From a virus (lineage: Duplodnaviria > Caudoviricetes), in IMG/VR virus record IMGVR_UViG_3300025889_000070: 64,000 nucleotides of DNA; one strand, given 5' to 3'. Below, in pieces: positions 56,689 through 64,000 of the stretch (position 1 is the stretch's first letter; each line of letters starts with the position of its first letter). The notes under the pieces were generated by a model. That model did not search any database. It was not told where the DNA came from and saw only the letters and a program-made list of their open reading frames with translations. A program made the position numbers and the translations under genes.

Positions 56689-57270
56689 ATGACTGAATTT
56701 GCTTTTATACTTGGTAACGGAAAAACACGCAGAGCTTTTAACATTTCTGATCTGAGAAATCGGGGATCAGTATATGCCTGTAATGCTGTTTATCGTACTG
56801 AACAAGTAGATGTATTAATAAGTACAGACCCTGGAATAAGCAGTGAAATAATAGCCAGTGGATACCCAGATAATCATATTCACTACACTAGAGAAAATAA
56901 CATTAAACCTGGTGTAAAAAGTCGGGCGCTAAGTTCTAGATGGCAAGGATATAGCAGCGGTAGTAATGCACTAGCACAGGCTTGTATTGATGGGTTTGCT
57001 TATTGTTTTATGATAGGCATGGACCTTGTCAGTGACAGTATGTATATAAACAATTTGTATGCTGATACACTAAACTACAAAGCTAGCAATAGTGAACCCA
57101 CATTTCATGGTAACTGGGAAGGACAAATACAAGAAATCATACAAGAATTTCCCACTACAAGGATAGTTCATGTTAATCCACTTTTAATGTATACGCCTGA
57201 AATCTGGAAAACATATCCTAATTTTGAAATACAATCTGTAGACAAGTTTAAATCTATGATAAATATTTAA
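56689..57270 (+). CDS. Hypothetical protein, DUF115/glycosyltransferase-like Rossmann fold
   Basis: FILGNGKTR, VYACNAVYR, SSGSNALAQA and FMIGMD motifs; the function call is tentative. Confidence 0.5.
   Translation: MTEFAFILGNGKTRRAFNISDLRNRGSVYACNAVYRTEQVDVLISTDPGISSEIIASGYPDNHIHYTRENNIKPGVKSRALSSRWQGYSSGSNALAQACIDGFAYCFMIGMDLVSDSMYINNLYADTLNYKASNSEPTFHGNWEGQIQEIIQEFPTTRIVHVNPLLMYTPEIWKTYPNFEIQSVDKFKSMINI
57258..57265 (+). promoter_or_regulatory. T4-type late promoter (GATAAATA)
   Basis: At the end of 56689..57270, upstream of the next structural block. Confidence 0.5.
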
Positions 57271-57294
57271 AATCGTATAGAACAGGTATAATCT

Positions 57295-57933
57295 ATGGCT
57301 AGAACTCAGCGAGTAACAGGAAACTTAACACTGGATCCCTCCGGTGACTTTATTGTTTTGGCTGATACTGAGATTACAGGAAACCTAACTGTAACAGGAA
57401 CAACAACGACTGTTACTACTACAAATACTGCTATTTCCGATCGTCAGATTATTTTAAATGATGGTGAATCTGGTGCTGGTGTCACTGGTAGATACAGTGG
57501 GTTAGAAGTTGAACGTGGAAGTACTAGCAATTCTTGGTTAGTATTTGATGAAAATGATGACAAGTGGAAAATCAGCTACGATGGTGGGTCTACGTTTGCA
57601 ATAGTAGCAACATCTGTAAGCGGCGGAAGTGAAGTAGTTGATGATACATCACCACAACTAGGTGGTGATCTAGAAGTAAATAACTTTAACATAGTCAGTG
57701 CTAATAGCAATGAAGACATTCAGCTGATACCCAACGGATCAGGCAGAGTTACTGCCGCAGGGCCACTTAAATTAAATGATCAAGCAAGTACCCCCAGTAG
57801 TGCAGTTGGCTCAACTATTCTTTATGCGGACACAGCCAGTGGCGGTGGCACCGGATTGTTTTTTGTAGATGGTAGCACTAGTGACGAACTGGTAAGTAAA
57901 AGTAAAGCCATCGTTTATGGATTAATATTTTAA
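57295..57933 (+). CDS. Virion structural/fibre-like protein
   Basis: ITGNLTVTGTTTT and DTSPQLGGDLEVN fibre-type motifs. Confidence 0.7.
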   Translation: MARTQRVTGNLTLDPSGDFIVLADTEITGNLTVTGTTTTVTTTNTAISDRQIILNDGESGAGVTGRYSGLEVERGSTSNSWLVFDENDDKWKISYDGGSTFAIVATSVSGGSEVVDDTSPQLGGDLEVNNFNIVSANSNEDIQLIPNGSGRVTAAGPLKLNDQASTPSSAVGSTILYADTASGGGTGLFFVDGSTSDELVSKSKAIVYGLIF

Positions 57934-57945
57934 GGATTAAATATA

Positions 57946-58254
57946 ATGGCTATAGCGCAACAACTAGTTTCAAATTCAGCAACTACAATTTATACATCAA
58001 GTGGCAGTAGTGCTACTACTGTTATTTTCTTTATGAATAATGACGCTAGTGCAAGAACACTAGACGTTTATGTTGTGCCTAACGGCGGCAGTGCAGGCAC
58101 ATCAACACAGATTATTAAAAATTTAAGTATTGATGCTGCTGATACCTATATTTTAAACATTGAAAAAATTGTGTTATCAAATGGTGACACTATTCAAGCA
58201 ACAGCTAGTGCTATAAACAGTATATACGCTACAGTAAGTTATGTAGGTATCTAA
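57946..58254 (+). CDS. Small virion structural protein (102 aa)
   Basis: Beta-sandwich-like; EKIVLSNGDTI motif; AAGGA RBS. Confidence 0.65.
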   Translation: MAIAQQLVSNSATTIYTSSGSSATTVIFFMNNDASARTLDVYVVPNGGSAGTSTQIIKNLSIDAADTYILNIEKIVLSNGDTIQATASAINSIYATVSYVGI

Positions 58255-58256
58255 TC

Positions 58257-58688
58257 ATGCCTAGATTTGTTAAAGTAAAAGATCCAACTTTTAGTGTAAA
58301 GGCACTTGACGGCGGCGGGTTAAGTGTCCCAGTAGGAACAACAGCAGAGAGAAGTAATGTTCCTGTAGCTGGTGAACTACGTTTTAATTTAGATACAAGC
58401 AGTTTAGAAGTTTATAATGGAACGTCATTTGTTAGTGTAGCAAACACAGGCTTTGCGAGTATTACACAAGACTCATTTACAGGCGACGGATCAACTGTAG
58501 CATTTACAATGAGCACAAGTGTAACCAGCAACCAAACCCAACGTATCGTAGTTGCGGTTGGCAACGTTTATCAGAATCCAGCCAGTGCTTATACACTTAG
58601 CGGAACAACTATTACCTTTACAAGTCCTCCTGGCGCAGCAGAAACTATTACTGTTATTCACGGATATGATTCTGTAACATCTGGATAA
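58257..58688 (+). CDS. Virion structural protein with GDGxTxxF module
   Basis: VPVGTTAERS...GELRFNLDTSSLEVYNG and FTGDGSTVAFT...YTLSGTTITFTSPP modules, both shared with 62327..63472. Confidence 0.7.
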   Translation: MPRFVKVKDPTFSVKALDGGGLSVPVGTTAERSNVPVAGELRFNLDTSSLEVYNGTSFVSVANTGFASITQDSFTGDGSTVAFTMSTSVTSNQTQRIVVAVGNVYQNPASAYTLSGTTITFTSPPGAAETITVIHGYDSVTSG

Positions 58689-58700
58689 AGTCCAATATAA

Positions 58701-58708
58701 CATAAATA
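58701..58708 (+). promoter_or_regulatory. T4-type late promoter (CATAAATA)
   Basis: Intergenic, upstream of 58773..62327. Confidence 0.6.
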
Positions 58709-58772
58709 AACTTAACAGCACCCTGTCACCTCGGATGTTAGCATGGTGAGCGCAAGATAGCGGAGAACAAGT

Positions 58773-61700
58773 ATGGCTATTAGTCGTATTGGCGGCAAGG
58801 CTCTTAGAGCAAATCTAGAACGAGACTTAGATCTTGCGTTTAATACAGATACCCTAGTAGTTGATTACACCAACAGCCGTATCGGTATTGGTACAACCAA
58901 CCCTTCCCAATTATTCACAGTAGACGGACAAGGACAACTTACTAGTCTTAATGTTACAGACTTAACAAATACAAGAGTTGTATATGCTGGTGCTAGTGGG
59001 GAATTACAAGATAGTGCTCTGCTTACATTTGATGGCAGTGCTCTTACTGTTGATGGTTTACAACTTACAGATAATAAAATTACTGCTACAAGGAGTAATG
59101 ACGATATTGTTCTAGTTGCTAGTGGAACTGGTAATGTTAATGTTAATAGCAGCAAGGTTGTAAATGCTGCTGATCCAACTAATGCTCAAGACCTTACAAC
59201 GAAGGCATATGTAGACAGCCAAGTAAGTGGCGGTGCTATTAGCACTGGTATGCAGATTACACTAGGTACTCCGACTGATAGCGATCTCACAAGTCCAGCA
59301 GCCTATACAGGCTGGACAAGCAGCGTAAAAGTAACAGATGCTATTGATGATCTCAATGAAATGGTTGAGAATGTTCGTAATAATACCTTTGTTAAAAGCA
59401 CGGATTTTACAGCAGATCAAACAACAGGTGGTGCTGGTTTGGTAGTAACACTTACTATTACCAGTGTCGGCAATCCTAATAGATATGATATTACTTGGGG
59501 CGATGGAAGTGTTACCACAGGCACAACAGATAGCACACCAACTCACACATATAGTACAAATGTTGGTTCACCTTTTGATGTAACTGTTAGAGCATACAAC
59601 AATGGCGGTAGTGGTACTGGCAGTGAAGCAAGTAAAACTAGAGCAAGTTATATTACAATTTACACTGCAAATCCTGTAGTAAGTTTTGCAGCATATGCAG
59701 CCTCAAGTGGCGGTTCTCCTATTACACAATGGGACGACGGCGATACTGTATACTTCCAAAACAATACAACAAACATTGGTGGTGCAACAATTCAGTTTAC
59801 CTGGGACTGGGGTGATAGCGAAAGCGACGATGTAATTACAAATGACAGTTCAGCAGGCGGTACAGCTGGCGCAAGACTTGCTCATACATTTACAAGTAGC
59901 TCTGAAACAGATGTACAGCGTACCGTAAGACTTACGCTGGATAGTCACAGTACAGCAACGCCTGGTGTAACACCTACAAACACAACTAACACCTATACTA
60001 TATATGACACACATACTCCAAGCGTGACACTAGACGATAACAGTGGTGTGAACGAAGAAGGCACCAGCGGACACGTTGTTACCTTTACAAATAATACAGA
60101 AGCAACCATTGGTAGTTTTGCAACATATGGGTTACAATATCAGTATCAATGGGGTGATGGTACAAGTAATACAACTGTAAACGTTGGATCTGGTAGCAGT
60201 GGTGATACTGGTAATACTATAGCACACACGTATACACTTAGCTCTTCTAACCAAGCAAACGGTGTAGCAGTTGACTACACTGGTAACTTGAGAGTTATTA
60301 GTAGTCACACAAGTTCACCTTTTATTAGTTCTAACTTTACAGTACATGTTGAACCAGATGTAAGGGCAAACATTGCTGGTACCGCAGTGACAGTGAGTAA
60401 TGGTAGCAGCGATAATCAGTATACAATTTATGACTTTACTGATTTACTTGGCAACAACCGTGCTCTAGTTCGTGCTACAAACACTTCTCAAAATGCAGAT
60501 GATTATGTATACAACTGGGCAGACGGCAGCACAAACGATACACCAAGTGAAGATGGATCAAGTCCTGGCAGTATAGGTGCTACACTAGATCATGATTATG
60601 CAGGTGAAAGTGCAAGCACTTACAATCTATCATTTACAGCAAATGGAACTCCAGACATAACTGCACAAACAGATGTAGATACTAGCATTACATTTACTTT
60701 AAAAGCAACACCAAGTGCACCTGCAAACCTAAGCACAAAGAGTATAACACTTAGCGATGCTGCTCAAGGAACATTGCCAGTATTGTGTGCAGGATTTGAT
60801 GACAATACTGGTGCAGCAAGTACACTGACAGCAGGCACTGCTCTTAACACATCAACAGCTAGACGTTACACTAGCGGTACTATTGACACAAGTACAGTTG
60901 ACAATGCTTACAATGGTGCAAGTGGTACACTAGCAGCAGAAATTAATGCTGTAAATGATGGCACAAAAACATTTACTACTACCACTGGGGAAACAGGAAC
61001 ATTTACAAGCCTTGTAGTTTCACAGCAAGTTGATTACAACAGCATCAATGGAAGTTACCCAAGTAATTTTTACCAGGTGTTTGATGCTAAAATTACAAAA
61101 GCATTAACAGGTTATAGTGTAGGTCTAAACGCTCAACGATTAACACATGACGCAACAGGCAATACAAACTATGTACATGTTTTGCATGATGATGTTACAT
61201 TAACACCAAATATTGCTGACAGCGGCACACTTACGGAAAGTTCGGGTGGTAGCAAGCGTTATATTTCAGGTATTCCTTATTACAACACAGGTTCGCCTAC
61301 ACTACAACTTGCTGGTACAACAATAGATGATTTGACAGGTCAAGCATACACTAACCAAACAAATATCGTTGAGATTGACAGTGGCACAAATGCCGAAGGG
61401 ACAAGCAGCGCAGCAATTACTGGACAAGATTATACATATGCTGACATTGATGGTGCTAGTAGTATGCTTACAGATGGTATTCCAAATGTAGACACTGGCG
61501 TGAGTTCAGCATATGCTATTGGTAACTTGAGTATTCCTGTAACAAGCTCTAGTGTAAGAACAGTTGAGCAATTACAAATTCGTGCAAGAAACGCTAACGG
61601 CATTGGTAGTTATGCTAATATTACTGGAAAAGTTCAAGTGCATACCGCAGCGCAGAGCGGTATTAGTGAAATTGCTATTGCAGTAAGCGATAGTTTAGGT

Positions 61701-62327
61701 GCTGGATTTGATGACGACGGTGTTCGCATATTTGACTTTAATGCAGCAACTACAGATACACCAACATTCAATGGTGCTACAAACTTCTACACAAACAGTC
61801 CTTATACTGAAAGTGCAGATCCAGGTGTTGAAGGAACCAAAGAAGCAACTATTAGATTGGGTGTTCTTAAATATGATGTAACAGATTATAGCACAGGCTT
61901 CCTGCCAGTAGGTCCAGATCGCAGTGCTGATACAGGAACACAATACTTTACATTTGCATTCCGTAGAACTACAATGGCTAACTTTGATATTAACATTACA
62001 AGCAGTGGCATTGCAGGACTTTGGATTGCAGCGCCTGGCACTGCTATTGACAGTGCAAGTGGTCTTAATGGTTGGTTAGATGCAAGTACAACATACGGCG
62101 GCAGTGGTGTACCAGGAAGTAATACAGGCAACGGTGGTAACGGCAGTGATGGTTGTGCGTTTACTTCAGGTGACAGAATAGCAACAAGCACTTCACTTAG
62201 TGGAGGTTACACAATGACATTAGGTAGTGAAAACGGTACTAACGCAACAGGCAATGTTGTGCTGGTGCGTATTGCACTAACAAGTGGGCAAAGTGTAACA
62301 GCACTTAGCGTAGGAGTTGCAAGTTAA
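58773..62327 (+). CDS. Large virion/fibre protein with PKD-like Ig domains (1184 aa)
   Basis: Repeated WGDGS/WDWGD/WGDGT/WADGS...HTY motifs typical of PKD domains; DLTTKAYVD fibre motif in the N-terminal part. Confidence 0.75.
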   Translation: MAISRIGGKALRANLERDLDLAFNTDTLVVDYTNSRIGIGTTNPSQLFTVDGQGQLTSLNVTDLTNTRVVYAGASGELQDSALLTFDGSALTVDGLQLTDNKITATRSNDDIVLVASGTGNVNVNSSKVVNAADPTNAQDLTTKAYVDSQVSGGAISTGMQITLGTPTDSDLTSPAAYTGWTSSVKVTDAIDDLNEMVENVRNNTFVKSTDFTADQTTGGAGLVVTLTITSVGNPNRYDITWGDGSVTTGTTDSTPTHTYSTNVGSPFDVTVRAYNNGGSGTGSEASKTRASYITIYTANPVVSFAAYAASSGGSPITQWDDGDTVYFQNNTTNIGGATIQFTWDWGDSESDDVITNDSSAGGTAGARLAHTFTSSSETDVQRTVRLTLDSHSTATPGVTPTNTTNTYTIYDTHTPSVTLDDNSGVNEEGTSGHVVTFTNNTEATIGSFATYGLQYQYQWGDGTSNTTVNVGSGSSGDTGNTIAHTYTLSSSNQANGVAVDYTGNLRVISSHTSSPFISSNFTVHVEPDVRANIAGTAVTVSNGSSDNQYTIYDFTDLLGNNRALVRATNTSQNADDYVYNWADGSTNDTPSEDGSSPGSIGATLDHDYAGESASTYNLSFTANGTPDITAQTDVDTSITFTLKATPSAPANLSTKSITLSDAAQGTLPVLCAGFDDNTGAASTLTAGTALNTSTARRYTSGTIDTSTVDNAYNGASGTLAAEINAVNDGTKTFTTTTGETGTFTSLVVSQQVDYNSINGSYPSNFYQVFDAKITKALTGYSVGLNAQRLTHDATGNTNYVHVLHDDVTLTPNIADSGTLTESSGGSKRYISGIPYYNTGSPTLQLAGTTIDDLTGQAYTNQTNIVEIDSGTNAEGTSSAAITGQDYTYADIDGASSMLTDGIPNVDTGVSSAYAIGNLSIPVTSSSVRTVEQLQIRARNANGIGSYANITGKVQVHTAAQSGISEIAIAVSDSLGAGFDDDGVRIFDFNAATTDTPTFNGATNFYTNSPYTESADPGVEGTKEATIRLGVLKYDVTDYSTGFLPVGPDRSADTGTQYFTFAFRRTTMANFDINITSSGIAGLWIAAPGTAIDSASGLNGWLDASTTYGGSGVPGSNTGNGGNGSDGCAFTSGDRIATSTSLSGGYTMTLGSENGTNATGNVVLVRIALTSGQSVTALSVGVAS

Positions 62328-63472
62328 TGGCTATTACAGATACCCAAAAAGTTGACTTCTTATGGAAAAAACTAGGCTTTGGTGCAACTAAAACAGATAC
62401 CAATGCTAACAAAAAAGCACCTAACGAAGCTATTTCAAGCCCCCTATTATTGCGTGGCGACAAAGTTTGGAAACAAGCAAGCAGTATTCCTGCTATTCAG
62501 CCAGGATCAAGTACTGGTGTTGTAACAGTCTACCCCACAAGTAGTCCTATTGAATGTACACTTGACGGTACAGCCACAGCAAATAGAACTTGGAAAACAG
62601 GACAAACAGACTGGATACCACCAGAAATTGCTTCAACATATCAGGCTAAAGTTTATATTCATACCAGTGGTAGTGCTGGAACCGCTGCAAGCGGTGGAAC
62701 ACAAGTATTTGCTACTGGTTCAGGCAATGATGATGAATGGTATTTTGATTATCAGTCAGGCACACTACATTTTATTGGCACAAACTTACCTAATGGCATA
62801 AGTTTCTCAGGCAAGAGTGTCTATATTGCAGGATCTAGATACACAGGCACATTTGGCGTTGGTGCAGACGCTAGTGAACTTGGTGCCTTTACATTTACAG
62901 ACAACAGAATACGAACAACTGTTACTAACGAAGAAATTATACTTGAACCTGCTGGTACCGGCCATGTTGCTATTGATAGTACCACTGGACTTATTATTCC
63001 AGTAGGAACAACAGGTGAACGTCCAACAGCACAGACTGGTATGATACGCTTTAACAGCACTGATAGCCAAGTTGAAGTTTATAATGGAACTAGTTGGGTA
63101 AGTGTAGGCGCAGTAAACACAGTTACTTTTGATGAATTTGATGGTGACAACAGTACTACGGCATTTACCTTAAGTCAAACAGCCACAGCCGGTTCTGCCC
63201 TTGTAAGCATAAATGGTACCGTTCAAGAAGTAACAAATACCTATTCTATTAGCGGAACTACATTAACATTTAATGAAGCACCTGCAAGTGGCGATAAGAT
63301 ACAAGTGCGTAACTTTTTTAGTGGCGCAAATTTAGCACCAGCAAGTAAGTTTGCTAGTTATACAACTAGTGCCAGGGATGCATTAAGTTCTAGCAATGGT
63401 GACGTTATATATAATACTACAACCCATAAGTTTCAAGGTTATGCAAACGGTGTGTGGGTAGATTTTCATTAA
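62327..63472 (+). CDS. Virion structural protein
   Basis: QKVDFLWKKLGFG N-terminus; IPVGTTGERP...GMIRFN and FDGDNSTTAFTL modules; ends FQGYANGVWVDFH. Confidence 0.72.
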   Translation: MAITDTQKVDFLWKKLGFGATKTDTNANKKAPNEAISSPLLLRGDKVWKQASSIPAIQPGSSTGVVTVYPTSSPIECTLDGTATANRTWKTGQTDWIPPEIASTYQAKVYIHTSGSAGTAASGGTQVFATGSGNDDEWYFDYQSGTLHFIGTNLPNGISFSGKSVYIAGSRYTGTFGVGADASELGAFTFTDNRIRTTVTNEEIILEPAGTGHVAIDSTTGLIIPVGTTGERPTAQTGMIRFNSTDSQVEVYNGTSWVSVGAVNTVTFDEFDGDNSTTAFTLSQTATAGSALVSINGTVQEVTNTYSISGTTLTFNEAPASGDKIQVRNFFSGANLAPASKFASYTTSARDALSSSNGDVIYNTTTHKFQGYANGVWVDFH

Positions 63473-64000
63473 AACTTAACCTCGTCTGTAACAATGGTGG
63501 TTAATATATTAATGTCTCCTCGTAAAACCTGAACTTCTACTTCTTGTTTGGGTTTAACATAATCCATAGCTACACCAACATCAGCTAAAGTTTTTATTTC
63601 TATTCCGTTAATTTTTTCCAGAATGTCATTTACTTTAAAATCTGATTTGTCCATAGGGCTATCTTTTATTATGTCCTTGATTATGATAACACCTCGTTTT
63701 ACATCTACTGAAAAAGCTACTCCTAATCTACCTCTAGCAACGTTGCCTTCTTTAATTAGCGTATTAATAATATATTTTGCACTATTACTAGTAACACTAA
63801 AATTTATACCAACATTTCCGCCTGATCTTGTTGGACTTATTATAAAACTATTGATACCAACAACTTCTCCATTGGAGTTAAAAAGAGGACCACCACTATT
63901 TCCTTGATTAATACTAACGTCAGTTTGTATTACCTCTTGCCAGGTGTTTGATGTTCTTTTTTTTATGGCACTTACTATGCCCTGTGTTACTGTCCATTGT
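63469..64000 (-). CDS. htrA: HtrA/DegP-family serine protease (trypsin plus PDZ), 3' part; 5' end lies beyond the window
   Basis: Hand translation from the right edge: TVTQGIVSA...IQTDVSINQGNSGGPLFNSNGEVVGIN (catalytic Ser motif), then RGRLGV...DSP...DILEKING PDZ domain. The track's 61-aa ORF is only its C-terminus. Confidence 0.9.
   Translation of the reverse strand, partial: QWTVTQGIVSAIKKRTSNTWQEVIQTDVSINQGNSGGPLFNSNGEVVGINSFIISPTRSGGNVGINFSVTSNSAKYIINTLIKEGNVARGRLGVAFSVDVKRGVIIIKDIIKDSPMDKSDFKVNDILEKINGIEIKTLADVGVAMDYVKPKQEVEVQVLRGDINILTTIVTDEVKF

Noticed and set aside
3039-62801. Numerous short antisense or alternate-frame ORFs in the track (e.g. 3039..3230, 14032..14469, 37863..38225, 43986..44357, 52585..52977, 55949..56314)
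   Set aside because: They lie inside well-supported genes on the other strand or frame, have no RBS or motifs, and mirror the codon bias of the real gene.
63623-63907. Track ORF MSFTLKSD... labelled minus strand
   Set aside because: The peptide actually reads from the plus strand (ATG at 63623) and is the antisense shadow of the HtrA gene.
1-64000. Stop-codon reassignment (as in some large phages)
   Set aside because: Core genes and a 4524-aa ORF are intact in the standard code; the one premature stop (2324) is explained by a deletion junction.

Overview
The whole window is part of a large T4-like (myovirus-type) tailed phage genome, read in the standard genetic code; no host genes, tRNAs or CRISPR arrays were seen. 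Left to right: (i) 1-10.3 kb, a tightly overlapping minus-strand operon of modification enzymes (three radical SAM genes plus a broken fourth, two 2OG-Fe(II) oxygenases, three glycosyltransferase-like genes) behind a sigma70-type promoter; (ii) 10.3-40.5 kb, minus-strand fibre and baseplate genes, including a 4524-aa wedge-like protein, gp6, gp25, gp5, a hub protein, gp53 and a gp48/54-like gene; (iii) 40.5-46.8 kb, the gp55 late sigma factor and gp47/gp46 interrupted by accessory enzymes, then a minimal GIY-YIG nuclease followed by about 390 nt of highly structured non-coding sequence; (iv) 46.8-56 kb, a gp26/gp51-like pair joined by an apparent -1 frameshift site, a tape-measure-like gene, portal gp20, core proteins, gp21, gp22 and major capsid gp23; (v) 56-64 kb, further virion or fibre proteins and the 3' part of an HtrA/DegP protease. 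The best leads are the GIY-YIG plus structured-RNA locus, the radical SAM/glycosyltransferase operon, and the lambda G/GT-like frameshift. All protein calls come from motifs recognised by eye and from gene order, and all RNA structures were paired by hand; no searches or folding programs were run.
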